From Scyliorhinus canicula (Eukaryota), in NCBI RefSeq assembly GCF_902713615.1, contig NW_024055676.1, forward strand, positions 124,001 through 188,000: a stretch of 64,000 bases of DNA. Direction: 5' to 3'. The notes below the pieces were generated by a model. It was given only the letters and a program-made list of their open reading frames with translations, did not search any database and was not told the DNA's origin. The position numbers and the translations under genes were made by a program. The stretch's first letter is position 1; each line of letters opens with the position of its first letter. This document shows positions 1-11,513 of the stretch, one piece after another.

Positions 1-948
1 TATTCACCCACCAGCCACTCCCCCAGTGAATCCACTGTCCAATATTACCTGGTCCAGAGCCAGTTACACTATTCACCCACCAGCCACTCCCCCAGTGAAT
101 CCACTATCCAATATTACCTGGTCCAGAGACAGTTACACTATTCACCCACCAGCCACTCCCCCAGTGAATCCATTGTCCAATATTACCTGGTCCAGAGCCA
201 GTTACACTATTCACCCACCAGCCACTCCCCCAGTGAATCCACTGTCCAATATTACCTGGCCCAGAGCCAGTTACACTATTCACCCACCAGCCACTCCCCC
301 AGTGAATCCACTGTCCAATATTACCTGGTCCAGAGCCAGTTACACTATTCACCCACCAGCCACTCCCCCAGTGAATCCACTGTCCAATATTACCTGGTCC
401 AGAGACAGTTACACTATTCACCCACCAGCCACTCCCCCAGTGAATCCACTGTCCAATATTACCTGGTCCAGAGCCAGTTACACTATTCACCCACCAGCCA
501 CTCCCCCAGTGAATCCACTGTCCAATATTACCTGGTCCAGAGCCAGTTACACTATTCACCCACCAGCCACTCCCCCAGTGAATCCACTATCCAATATTAC
601 CTGGTCCAGAGCCTGTTACACTATTCACCCACCAGCCACTCCCCCAGTGAATCCACTATCCAATATTACCTGGTCCGGAGCCAGTTACACTATTCACCCA
701 CCAGCCACTCCCCCAGTGAATCCACTGTCCAATATTACCTGGTCCAGAGCCAGTTACACTATTCACCCACCAGCCACTCCCCCAGTGAATCCATTGTCCA
801 ATATTACCTGGTCCAGAGCCAGTTACACTATTCACCCACCAGCCACTCCCCCAGTGAATCCACTATCCAATATTACCTGGTCCAGAGCCAGTTACACTAT
901 TCACCCCCCAGCCACTCCCCCAGTGAATCCGCTATCCAATATTACCTG
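1..948 (+). repeat. 69-bp tandem minisatellite, about 14 copies, continuing past the window start
   Basis: Unit TATTCACCCACCAGCCACTCCCCCAGTGAATCCACTGTCCAATATTACCTGGTCCAGAGCCAGTTACAC repeats with few substitutions. It explains the 23-aa periodic ORFs 26..949 and 104..559. Confidence 0.97.
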
Positions 949-1828
949 AATATAATAACTTTCAAGCATGTGTCATTCGCTCTGACATGTACCTCAAAAT
1001 GCATTCAGGATCAGCTGAAAATTGCCGGCACGCTGAGCAGGAACACAGATGCTCCAATTTGACTCGGCACAAATATTAACAGTTTGTTCAATGGCGACAA
1101 ATGCAGGTCAGAGGCTGGGAATCCTGCAGCGAGTAACTCACCTCCTAACCCCACAAAACCTGTCCACCATCTACACTCACAAGTCAGGAGTGTGATGGGA
1201 TACTCTCCACTTGCCTGGATGGGTGCAGGAACTCGCCAAATGCATCTCAGACAGCACCTTCCAAACCCAAGACCCCGAAAGTTTCCTTCCCGGCCACTCC
1301 CCATCCTGACCATTTTCTCAGTAAATTCATTGCATTGTTAATGTAAGACTACTTGTGACAATAATTAAGATTATTATTACTTGGAAATATATCGGTTGTG
1401 CCTTCACTGTCACTGGGACATAATCCTGGAACTCCCTCCCTAACAGCACTGTAGGTGTACCTACACCAATAGACTGCAGCGGTTCAGGAAAACAGCTCAC
1501 CATCACCTTCTCAAGGGCAAAGAGTTCTGGGCAATAAATCCTGGCCTCCCCAGTGATGTTCACATCCTCGAATGAATAAAATGAAACAGACACACAGCTG
1601 CCTGAATCCACCATCATGGGGTCACCTGGATTAGTGAATGGAGATAAGTGAATGTTCACTCACACAGATAAGCTTTTGGAAAATGTTTTGATTTTCTCGG
1701 GAACGTATTGGTTCCCTGCAGTGTGAGCTCAGCTTCTCAAACCAAACCCAATGTGAACCGATCCCGCTGTCTGCACTGGAAAGAAATGAACAAAATCTGC
1801 AGCTTGGCCAATAAGTAACAACATCAAA

Positions 1829-1918
1829 GGGCTCATTCAGGATTTGAACTTGGGACCTCTCACATTTTCCTGCGGCACAAACCCCGAAGCGAGAATCTTA
1901 CCCCGAGACCAAAGAACC
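1829..1918 (-). tRNA. tRNA-Pro(CGG) with 18-nt intron, degenerate (probable pseudogene)
   Basis: Minus strand reads GGTTCTTTGGTCTCGGGGTAAGATTCTCGCTTCGGG|GTTTGTGCCGCAGGAAAA|TGTGAGAGGTCCCAAGTTCAAATCCTGAATGAGCCC. This matches the vertebrate tRNA-Pro body with an insertion after base 37. Acceptor and T stems have mismatches. Confidence 0.85.
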
Positions 1919-2861
1919 AATAGGAGCGACCTGATTGAGCCAACAGATACTTTTATCGCCACCTCCAGCCAATTAGATACCTGCGGAAAATGCTGGGAAA
2001 TCTCAGGCAGTCAGGCAGCATTTGTGGACACGGAAACAAAATTCATCTTTCACCTCCTTGACCTTCCATTGAAACCGGGTAAGGTTAGAAATGCAGAAAA
2101 TTAGAAACAAGTGAAATCCCGGAGGGAGGAAACAGAACAACAGGAAAGGGCTCTGATTGGGGGAAAGTCAGGAGAGAATAAATGAGAAAAGGCCTTGGAT
2201 TCCCTGGCCACAGGCTGAGGTTAGCATCAAATCAGAGAATAACTACACCACAGAATGAGGCCATTCGGGCCGCCGTGTCTGTGCCAGCTCTCTGTCAGAG
2301 CAATGGAAGAAATAAAGAAACAATAGATGTGTCTGGAGGAGCTATCGATGGCAGATTGATCAACAACTGCCGCCCGGACACAAAGAACAAGTGGAAACAA
2401 GATTGAAACCCAAATCTGCTACATCAGAACACACACATTTACAGTGTGAAACTGCTGAACACACACTGAGTGTGAAAGCTGTATTGAGCCCAGTGGAAAG
2501 ATGCGCTGCTGTTCCTCGAGTGTCTGTTGAGCATCTTTCGAACTCTGCACATGTGCTGTATCATTCTAGAAAACAGAATATTCAGTTTCACAGAAGCTTA
2601 TTTCGTCTGTTTGCATGATGGCAACATGGAATTCGAAACACAAACAGACCAGCCATGGTCTCAGTGAATAGCAGAACAGGCTGAAGGGACCGAATGGCCG
2701 ACTTCTGCTTCTATCTCATCTGTTTGTATGTGCTACCGTGTGTGTATCATGCTATAAAACAAACCAGTTAGTATCACAGAATCAAATGTCGTCTGTTTGC
2801 ATGATGGGAATGTGGAATTCGAAACACAAACAGAGCAGCAAGCTTATTGAAAAGTACGAAG

Positions 2862-3175
2862 TCTTGTAACACTAGGTTAAAGTCCAACAGGTTTGTTTCA
2901 AATCACTAGCTTTTGGAGCACTGCTCCTTCATCGGGTGAATGAAGAGGTGGGTTCCATAACCATATATATCGGCAAAGTCAGTGATGCAAGGTGATACAT
3001 TAAATGCGAGTCTTTGTATCATTGACTGTCTATATATCTGGTGGTACAACCCACCTCTTTACACACCTGAGGAAGGAGCCGTGCTCCGAAAGCTAGTGTT
3101 TGAAACAAACCTGTTGGACTTTAACCTGTTGTTGTAAGACTTCTTACACTAGTCCAACGCCCGCATCTCCACATC
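2862..3175. mobile_element. Penelope-like element terminal repeats in inverted arrangement
   Basis: CACTAGGTTAAAGTCCAACAGGTTTGTTTCAA...GGAGCACTGCTCC at about 2870-2940 is mirrored in reverse complement at about 3065-3145. The same motif recurs at 7305, 10250 and 57200. Confidence 0.7.
3063..3099 (+). ncRNA. Minimal type I hammerhead ribozyme motif (Penelope-type)
   Basis: ACAC-CTGAGGA-A-GGAGCCGTGCTCC-GAAA-GCTA-GTGT: CUGANGA and GAAA core, stem II, palindromic AGCT stem III, and ACAC/GTGT stem I. Confidence 0.6.
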
Positions 3176-3277
3176 TTATTGAATGGTAGAACAGCCTGAA
3201 GGGGCCGAACGGCCAACTTCTGCTTCTATTTCGCCTGCTCGTATGTTTGAAAACAGAGAGGAACCATTGACTGAGAC

Positions 3278-3919
3278 CAGGGCCGGCTCAAGGCACCGGC
3301 AACTCGGGCCGTCGCCCGGGGCGCCAGAGACTCGGGACCCGCACATGCGCAGTTGAGCCAGTGCCAACCAGCGCATGCGCGGTGGCCGCCCGTCCCCAGG
3401 GCGGCCCCCCGGCTCGGTCCCCCCCGCCCCCCTCGGGTCCGCCCCCCCTCTCGGGTCCGCCCCCCCTCTCGGGTCCGCCCCCCGCCCCGCCCTCGGGTCC
3501 GCCCCCCCCCGCCCCGCCCTCGGGTCCGCCCCCCCCGCCCCGCCCTCGGGTCCGCCCCCATTTCGGGTCCGCCCCCCGCGTGTCCGCCCCCACCCCGGCC
3601 CCCCCCTCGGCCCCCCCCTCGGCCCCGCCCCCCCTCGCCCCCCCCCCTCCCGGCCCCGCCCCCCCCCTCTGCCCCGCCCCCCCCTCTGCCCCGCCCCCCC
3701 CTCTGCCCCGCCCCCCCCCTCTGCCCCGCCCCCCCCTCTGCCCCGCCCCCCCCTCTGCCCCGCCCCCCACTCTGCCCCGCCCCCCACTCTGCCCCGCCCC
3801 CCCCACCCCTCTGCCCCGTCCCCCCCTCTGCCCCGTCCCCCCTCTGCCCCGTCCCCCCCTCCCCAAGGGCGCCGAAGTTCAGCTTGCCTGGGGCGCCAGC
3901 AACCCTCGAGCCGGCGCTG
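3278..3919. mobile_element. Non-autonomous hAT-type DNA transposon (MITE) with a very C-rich interior
   Basis: TIRs CAGGGCCGGCTC...GAGCCGGCGCTG. The 8-bp target-site duplication ACTGAGAC lies at 3270-3277 and 3920-3927. The interior is CCCCCCTCTGCCCCG-type repeats. Confidence 0.85.
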
Positions 3920-4337
3920 ACTGAGACAGCAACTTAAGGTGAATATTATGGCGGGTATTTGATGAGGAAACATGTGGTCATGTCGCCCTCTGGTGGACAT
4001 GATCGGAACTTTACAGCGTTCGGACATTTGATGAAAACAGAAAATGAGAGTATCAGTTCCAGGGGAATAAAGGCAGCAGGGGAAACAGAGCCTGCAGTTT
4101 GTCCAGAATTTCCAAACTTACATTCATTCACTTGTTGTTTTATGTCCTGGTCAGTGTTACTCCAGCCTGGCCATTCACCAACTGCATATCCCCACAAACA
4201 GACGCTGGACACGATCCCACAACTGGCAGCCCATTCTTTCTGTTTTTCGGGGATGACCTCCCAGGCTGGAAACAGCATTGGTGTATTTTACATTGTCACC
4301 AAATTCAACCCCGACTCCGATCCAATCCGCCGGGGGT

Positions 4338-4380
<43 letters not shown>

Positions 4381-4472
4381 GATGCTGACAGAATCCAGAG
4401 AGTTGTGAAACACTTTGGATAAATAGTCTGTGTGACGTATTGAACCAATTTTCAATAATTTCATTTCGCTGG

Positions 4473-4545
4473 GGGCCAGTGGCGCAATGGACAACGCGCC
4501 TGACTACGGATCAGGAGATTCCAGGTTCGACTCCTGGCTGGCTCG
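4473..4545 (+). tRNA. tRNA-Arg(ACG)
   Basis: GGGCCAGTGGCGCAATGGACAACGCGCCTGACTACGGATCAGGAGATTCCAGGTTCGACTCCTGGCTGGCTCG is near-identical to vertebrate tRNA-Arg-ACG. A T5 tract lies about 8 nt downstream. Confidence 0.93.
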
Positions 4546-5567
4546 TGGCAAATTTTTCCACATCAGTTTGCAAAGTCCATGAAAAAAATTCTTATTTATT
4601 AACTTTAACCCAATTTAGTAGCCTTTTTGACAAATTCCAGTATATTCTAAAAAGACAGAAACTGACACAAATCAGATGCCAGAAATGTTGGGAATGGAGG
4701 GAGGAACTGAAGGAGATCAATATTGGTGGAATCATACAATCCCAACAGTGCAATAGGAGACTATTCGGCCCACCGAGTCTCCACCGATCCTTGGAAAGGG
4801 CACCCTAACTTGGCCCACACCCCCGTAACCCAGTCATTTCGCATGGCCAATCCACCCAGCCAGCTTTGCCCTTTGAGCCATTGAATTTCTGACGTGTGAC
4901 TGCTGATGGTGAGGACGCTGGAAAGTGGGGGAGGGGGTGAATTACTCTCCGCAGTATTCCCAGCCGGTCTTTTAGTGTTAATCAATTTAATATATTAACA
5001 GAGAGAGTCCCGGCCTCTGACCTGCATTTATCACAATTGAACGAACAGTTAATATTTTTGACGAGTCAAAACAGGAGCATCTATGTTCCTGCTCAGTGTG
5101 CCGGCAATTTTCAGCACTTCTGCTTCTCCTGAATGCATTTTCCGGCATTTATGAGAGCAAATGACATTTGCTTTGTCAGATATTATATTCAGGTAATAAT
5201 CGAGAGCGGATTCACTGGGGGTGATAGTTGGTGTTGAGTTGTGTTATTGTCACTAAACTGGCAATGCAGAGAATCAGGCTGAAGCTCTGGGGACCGGGGT
5301 TCCACACGGCAGATTAACTCGGTTCAAGGGTTATTCGGGATGTGTGACAATGAAAATGTCAATTATGCAACTTTTCCCAAACACTTAATCGAATGAGATT
5401 TGACAATATTGTTACGTGGTTTCCAATCCAGGATTTTTTGAATGTAAAGTAAACATTCATTCTGCACTACACCACAGAAACAGGACACCGAGTTTGACCC
5501 GCTGACCGAGAACAGGAAAGCTGCATTCTTGTTGCACTGAAGAAACTTCTTTTGAGGAAGTCCAACT

Positions 5568-7305
5568 GGATTGGATTGGATTGGATTTGTTTATTGTCAC
5601 GTGTACCGAGGTACAGTGAAAAGTATTTTTCTGCAAGCAGCTCAACAGATCATTCAGTACATGGTAGAAAAGGGAATTAAACACAATTCAAGAAAATACA
5701 TGAGAATACATAATAGGGCAACACAAGATATACAATGGAACTACATAAGCATTGGCATCGGGTGAAGCATACAGGGTGTAGTGTTAATGAGGTCAGTCAA
5801 TAAGAGGGTCATTTAGGAGTCTGGTGACAGTGGGGAAGAAGCTGTTTTTGAGTCTGTTCGTGCCTGTTCTCAGATTTCTGTATCTCCTGCCCGATGGAAG
5901 ATGTTGGAAAAGTGAGTAAGGTGGGTGGGAGGGATCCTTGATTATGCTGCCTGCTTTCCCCCGGAGCGGGATGTGTAGATAGAGTCCATGGATGGGAGGC
6001 ATGTTCATGTGATGGACTGGGCACTATTCACGACTCTCTGAAGTTCCTTGCGGTCCTGGGCTGAGCAGTTGCCATACCAGTCTGTGATGCAGCCCGAGAG
6101 GATGCTTTCTATAATGCATCTGTAAAAGTTGGTAAGGGTTAATGTGGACATGCCGAATTTCCTTAGTTTCCTGAGGAAGTATAGGCGCTGTTGTGCTTTC
6201 TTGGGTGATAGCGTCGACATGAGTGGACCAGGACAGATTTTGGTGATGTGCACCCCTAGGAATTTGAAACTGCTCACCATCTCTACCTCGTCCACGTTGA
6301 TGCTGACAGGGGTGTGTACAGTACTTTGCTTCCTGAAGTCAATGACCAGCTCTTTAGTTTTGCTGGCATTGAGGGAGAGATTGTTGTCGTTACACCACTC
6401 CACTAGGTTCTCTATCTCCCTCCTGTATTCGGACTCGTCGTTATTCATGATCCGGCCCACTCTGGTCGTATCGTCAGCCAACTTGTAGATGGAGTTGGAA
6501 CCAAGTTTTGCCAAGCAGTCGTGTGTGTACAGGGAGTAGAGTAGGGGGCTATATACACAGCCTTGCGGGGCACCGGTATTGAGGACTATTGTGGAGGAGG
6601 TGTTGGTGTTCATTCTTACTGATTGTGGTCTGTTGGTTAAAAAGTCAAGGATCCAGTTGCAGAGTGGAGAGCCAAGTCCTAGGTTTTGGAGCTTTGATAT
6701 GAGCTTGGCTGGGATTATGGTGTTGAAGGCGGGGCTGTAGTCAATAAATAGGAGTCTGATGTAGGAGTCCTTGTTTTCGAGATGCTCTAGGGATGAGTGT
6801 AGGGCCAGGGAAATGGTGTCTGATGTAGACCGGTTGCGACGGTATGCGAATTGAAGTGGGTCAAGGCGTTCCGGGAGTATGGAGGTGATGCGCTTCATGA
6901 TCAGCCTCTCGAAGCACTTCATTACAACTGACGTCAGGGCCGCCGGAGGGTAGTCATTGAGGCATGTTGCCTCGTTCTTCTTTGGTACCGGTATGATGGT
7001 GGTCTTCTTGAAGCAGTAGGGGACCTCGGAGTGGAGTAGGGATAGGTTAAAGGTGTCTGTGAATACCTCTGCCAGCTGGTATGCGCAGGCTCTGAGTGAA
7101 CGACCAGGGATCCCGTCCGGGCCAGTCGCCTTCCGTGGGTTCACTTTCCGGAAGGCCGATCTGACTTTGGAAACTGTGATGGTGGGTATGGGTGAATTAA
7201 GGGCTGCTGGGGCACTTGGCAGCGGATTGTTGGTTACCTGCTCAAACCGAGCATAGAATGCATTAAGTTCATCGGGAAGGGATGCGCTGCTGCCAGAGAT
7301 ACAGT
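5568..7305 (-). mobile_element. 5'-truncated Rex1/Babar-like LINE (RT domain, degenerate)
   Basis: ORF 6005..7393 contains LNAFYARFE, KATGPDGIPG, ALTSVVMKCFERL, GAPQGCVYSPLLYSLYTHDC and KLADD (FADD-like). The 3' end has an (AATCC)n tail at about 5568-5590. Confidence 0.88.
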
Positions 7306-7351
7306 AAGAAGTCTTACAACACCAGGTTAAAGTCCAATAGGTTTGTTTCAA

Positions 7352-7388
7352 ACACGAGCTTTCGGAGCACAGCTCCTTCCTCAGGTGA
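7352..7388 (-). ncRNA. Minimal hammerhead ribozyme motif in Penelope remnant (7305-7475)
   Basis: Minus strand: CAC-CTGAGGA-A-GGAGCTGTGCTCC-GAAA-GCTC-GTG. Confidence 0.6.
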
Positions 7389-7873
7389 ATCACAAAACAG
7401 AATCATTTAACCTGGTGTTGTAAGACTTCTAACTGTGCTCACCCCATTCCAACGCCGGCATCTCCACATCATGGCCAGAGACACTGCTCGACCCGGCTCG
7501 GTTAAGTAGATCTTTGGGCTTTTTTTCTGAGGGATTCTTCTCCAGAGACCGCTGAGATAGGCCCAAAGAAGATTTTAAGACCGATGTGGTTGGATTGTCA
7601 ACTGAAAAGGGAATCAAAGGTTATCCGGGGTAGGTGAAATGTGAATCTGAGGTCATGTTCGCATCTGTCACAAACTTATTGAATGTTGGAGAAGACATAA
7701 AAAACTGGCATAAAAAACGGTTTTTATGAAAGGTGATGGTGAAAGACCAATTTTGTTGTCCTGTCGACAAATGCCACCTGACTCCCTGAGATGGTGCAGT
7801 AATTTTGGCGTTTTCCGCAGATGTTAGATTGATTTCCGATGGCAATGACAGTATGCATTAGCTTTTTTCGCGG

Positions 7874-7933
7874 GGCTCGTTGGTCGAGGGGTAGGATTCT
7901 CGCTTTGGGTGTCTTGCTGTCGGAATTTGCAAG
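7874..7933 (+). pseudogene. tRNA-Pro(TGG) 5' half plus 18-nt intron; 3' half lost
   Basis: GGCTCGTTGGTCGAGGGGTAGGATTCTCGCTTTGGG|TGTCTTGCTGTCGGAATT|TGCAAG, then unrelated sequence. Confidence 0.85.
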
Positions 7934-8028
7934 AACATATTTAATCACCATCTCAAACATGTCTAAATGTATGACAATGCAACTTACTGCGGATGCTTCA
8001 AACGGAAATATAAACAGAAAACAGAAAT

Positions 8029-8058
8029 GCGAGAATCATACCCCTGGACCAACGAGCC
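8029..8058 (-). pseudogene. tRNA-Pro 5' fragment
   Basis: Minus strand GGCTCGTTGGTCCAGGGGTATGATTCTCGC, with the same 5' flank as the 7874 copy in inverted orientation. Confidence 0.75.
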
Positions 8059-8236
8059 CCACGAAATGAGCCGCAGCACACTGTCATTGCCATCGCAAAT
8101 CAATCTAACATCTGCGGAGAACGCCAAAATACTGCAACAGCTCAGGTAGTGAGGCGGCATTTGTCGACAGGACAACAAAGTTCGTCTTTCACCATCACAT
8201 TTCATTAAAACCGGGACAGGTTAGAAATCAGAAGGG

Positions 8237-8469
8237 GGTTCAGTGCAGTTAGATTGCGAATATACAGACCGGACGATGTACCACATGCTCTGGTATCAGC
8301 AAAAGCCGGCACAGCCGCCGAGATTGGTCATCATTAACATAGTGACGATGAAGAAAGAGGAGATCTCAGGACGATATCTGGCGGCTGCCAACAAGTCTAA
8401 AAAGAATGGCTACCTCAATATAAACGCGCTCAGTGTGGAGGACGGGGCGGTCTATTACTGTGCAATGAG
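8237..8469 (+). pseudogene. TCR V segment, 5'-truncated (no leader or FR1 start), RSS retained
   Basis: SVQLDCEY..WYQQKPAQPP..GRY..EDGAVYYCAMS followed by an RSS. The upstream sequence is tRNA-Pro flank. Confidence 0.85.
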
Positions 8470-8508
8470 CACAGTGTCACAAAGCAGCTACAACCACGTA
8501 CGAAAGCC
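8470..8508 (+). other. 23-RSS
   Basis: CACAGTG + 23 nt + ACGAAAGCC. Confidence 0.85.
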
Positions 8509-9146
8509 TCAGAGAGTATTTTCAATTCCAGTAAATTTGCGTTCCTGCCCTTGTACCGGAGGATGGTTTGATCTGGATTCAGAAAAATACTCAGGTCTAT
8601 TTCTCCACAATTGCATTGCCGTCTCTGTCCTTGTATAGGTCAATAGAGGAGCCGTTTCGGATTCGTGAGATTAATCAGCATGTCGCGATGCACAGTAAAT
8701 TTAAGCTTGGAATATCCACTTCCGAGCAGCAGTAATGAAAGTTCTCAGATGTGGGGATAATAAAATCTTCCAGGACCGTTAACTTAGGTCGACCTTATGC
8801 CAATGAGTCTGAGCCCCCAGTAGTCTTCAGTAGAACATCGACTTTCTGATCGAAAATACATCAAATCTATGTTGACGCTTCCTGCTTTCTGTTATGGAGG
8901 TTCCCGGATAAGGGACGTGTTTTAACGAAAGTGTGGTGCTGTCCAAGTGAGTTCTGTAAAATCCACGGGCCTGTGTTGATTCCACGTCTCACAAATGTCC
9001 ATGCCCGCGGGACCATGTGTACGCTCCTTCCAGATATTTTCCGCACTGCCTCAGGGGACCAATATTGCCAGCATTCTCATTCGGTCCCTGGCAATCAGAG
9101 GATTGGCCGTCACTGTTGAAATGCACAGAGTTCTGATCCTTTTGTC

Positions 9147-9203
<57 letters not shown>

Positions 9204-9220
9204 GATCCCACCCAGAGACG
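9147..9220 (+). tRNA. tRNA-Asn(GTT)
   Basis: GTCTCCGTGGCGCAATCGGTTAGCGCGTTCGGCTGTTAACCGAAAGGTTGGTGGTTCGATCCCACCCAGAGACG, with one acceptor-stem mismatch. Confidence 0.93.
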
Positions 9221-9257
9221 AATTGTTGTTCCACTCCTGGATGATATGTTTTTAGGG

Positions 9258-9425
9258 GTGTTTAGGGCAGGGCTAAATCGCTGGCTTTGAAAGCAGACCA
9301 AGCAGGCCAGCAGCACGGTTCGATTCCCGTAACAGCCTCCCCGACCAGGCGCCGCAATGTGACGACTGGGGGATTTTCACAGTAACTTCATTTGAAGCCG
9401 ACTCGTGACAATAAGCGATTTTCCT
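9258..9425 (+). mobile_element. Short tRNA-derived SINE (second family); other copies at about 13510(-), 39500(-), 39913(+), 53085(-), 58914(+)
   Basis: GGGC..TTTAG..CAGGGCTAAATCGCTGGCTTTGAAAGCAGACC..GGTTCGATTCCCGTAACAGCCTCCCC..GACAATAAGCGATTTTC recurs at least six times and has A/B-box-like motifs. Confidence 0.8.
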
Positions 9426-9907
9426 GTTCTGACAACACGTACCGTGCACCGGCTGCGGCATGGAGTTGCCTCTATCGCTGTAATATCCTTCATGGCGCCG
9501 AGCTGGGGAATAGCTCAACGATGCTGTGTCTCCCTCGATAACTCAGGAGATTGTGACACCTCCTCACGGACCTGCTAACAGACGAATGTTGAGCAGGAGT
9601 TGGCTATTCATCCCCTTGAGCCTTCTTCAACATTCAATAAGTTTGTGACAGATGCGAACATGACCTCAGATTCACATTTCACCTACCCCGGATAACCTTT
9701 GATTACCTTTTCAGTTGAGAATCCAACCACATCGGTCTTTAAATCTTCAATGGGCCTATCTCAGCGGTCTCTGGAGAAGAATCCCTCAGAAAAAAAGCCC
9801 AAAGATCTACATAACCGGGCCGGGTCGAGCAGTATCTCTGGCCATGATGTGGAGATGCCGGCGTTGGACTAGGGTGAGCACAGTAAGAAGGGGCAGCAGG
9901 GTAGTAG

Positions 9908-10250
9908 GGGCAGCAGGGTAGCATGGTGGTTAGCATAAATGCTTCACAGCTCCAGGGTCCCAGGTTCGATTCCCGGCTGGGTCACTGTCTGTGTGGAGTC
10001 TGCACGTCCTCCCCCTGTGTGCGTGGGTTTCCTCCGGGTGCTCCGGTTTCCTCCCACAGTCCAAAGATGTGCGGGTTAGGTGGATTGGCCATGATAAATT
10101 GCCCGTTGTGTCCTAATAAAAGTAAGGTTAAGGGGGGGTTGTTGGGTTACGGGTATAGGGTGGATATGTGGGTTTGAGTAGGGTGATCATGGCTCGGCAC
10201 AACATTGAGGGCTGAAGGGCCTGTTCTGTGCTGTACTGTTCAATGTTCTA
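9908..10250 (+). mobile_element. HE1-like shark SINE inserted into a Penelope remnant
   Basis: GGGCAGCA.GGTAGCATGGTGGTTAGCA..GGTTCGATTCCCGGCTGGG head, GGGTTTCCTCCGGGTGCTCCGGTTTCCTCCCACAGTCCAAAGA core, and a CR1-like CTGTTCTGTGCTGTACTGTTC tail. Confidence 0.85.
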
Positions 10251-10290
10251 AGTCTTACAACACCAGGTTAAATGATTCTGTTTTGTGATT

Positions 10291-10326
10291 CACCTGAGGA
10301 AGGAGCTGCGCTCCGAAAGCTCGTGT
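10291..10326 (+). ncRNA. Minimal hammerhead ribozyme motif in Penelope remnant
   Basis: CAC-CTGAGGA-A-GGAGCTGCGCTCC-GAAA-GCTC-GTG. Confidence 0.6.
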
Positions 10327-11451
10327 TTGAAACAAACCTGTTGGACTTTAACCTGGTGTTGTAAGACGTCTTACTGTATCTCTGGCAGCAGCGCATCCTT
10401 TCCCGATGAACTTAATGCATTCTATGCTCGGTTTGAGCAGGTAACCAACAATCCGCTGTCGAGTGCCCCAGCAGCCCTTAATTCACCCATACCCACCATC
10501 ACAGTTTCCGAAGTCAGATTATTATTATGTACAATAACCGCCGAGCAACATGAGAATTACTATCAGTTGGGACATGGGAAGCACATGGTGCCAGGTTTAG
10601 ACTTTAATAGAAATCAATTTTTCGATGGAAAATCCCTGAAGTTTCTGTTGACCCGACATGTTTTATGTTGGATTCCCACACAGATCAGGAACAGACTTCG
10701 CCCAATTGAGACGAAGGGGCGCTAAGGGCCAATTCAGCAAGGCCAATCCAGATTTCCTACACATCTTTGAACTGTGGGAGGAAATCGCTTCTCGCCTTTT
10801 TGCTAAGGCGAGCGTGAGGTCAGGTGGAATGCGTGGATCTGGTATGTCTCTCTTCTGGGGGCCATGAATTGGATTCAATTTGAATTCGTTTTTGGAGCAG
10901 GCGGCCCTGACGTCAATTGTAATGAAGTGCTTTGAGAGGCTGATCATGAAGCGCATCACCTCCATTCTCCCGGAACGCCTTGACCCAACTTATCATTCCT
11001 TCCATTGATATGTTTTACCCTCAGCATTCCCCCCCCTCCCCATCCTACTTCAGCAATCTGATCCCTGTTTGTAATTGTTCTCTGACGCACTGCTTACCTT
11101 TGTTCTGCCATTAACACATTTTGACCGCTTGATGCGCCATCAGCACCTTTCATAGCCTTGATTAGCCTCATTTACATTCCCTTTTTCTTTCTGCCCGAGA
11201 CATTTTCGTCATTTCCCACCTATTATTCAGTATTTTCTGTTTTTGTTTCCGTTTGAAGCATCCTCTTCTTCACCTCTCATTGCCTGCCGAAAATTCAGTG
11301 CTTGGGCCTTAATGTTCAATTCAGTTTAGTGGCTCATGTGAGACGAAATTTCATAGTCCTGGAACACACGAGATTCAACAATCAGGAAACAGAATTATTT
11401 TGTGCCCAATAATTGTGCAAACTTTTCTCACACGAAATCCTAAATGTTCGA

Positions 11452-11513
11452 TGTTTCCAACCGGGAACCTTTCGATTGTGAGGCGAATGTGATAACCACT
11501 ACACTACAGAAAC
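11452..11513 (-). pseudogene. tRNA-Val(CAC) pseudogene with 3' deletion
   Basis: GTTTCTGTAGTGTAGTGGTTATCACATTCGCCTCACAATCGAAAGGTTCCCGGTTGGAAACA; the 3' strand of the T stem is deleted. Confidence 0.82.

Noticed and set aside
1-948. CRISPR-like array
   Set aside because: The units are near-identical with no unique spacers, and the context is a vertebrate genome.
3176-4027. Several long Gly/Pro/Arg-rich ORFs on both strands
   Set aside because: They are low-complexity translations of the C-rich MITE interior, which is bounded by TIRs and a TSD.
6005-7393. 462-aa ORF as a cellular gene or a novel Penelope-LINE fusion protein
   Set aside because: The N-terminus is read-through from an adjacent Penelope remnant into a truncated, mutated LINE RT (LADD, YPP).
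9908-10000. SINE heads as additional tRNA genes (also 15280, 25681, 36088, 39913, 58914)
   Set aside because: They have A/B boxes but no full cloverleaf and continue into SINE bodies.
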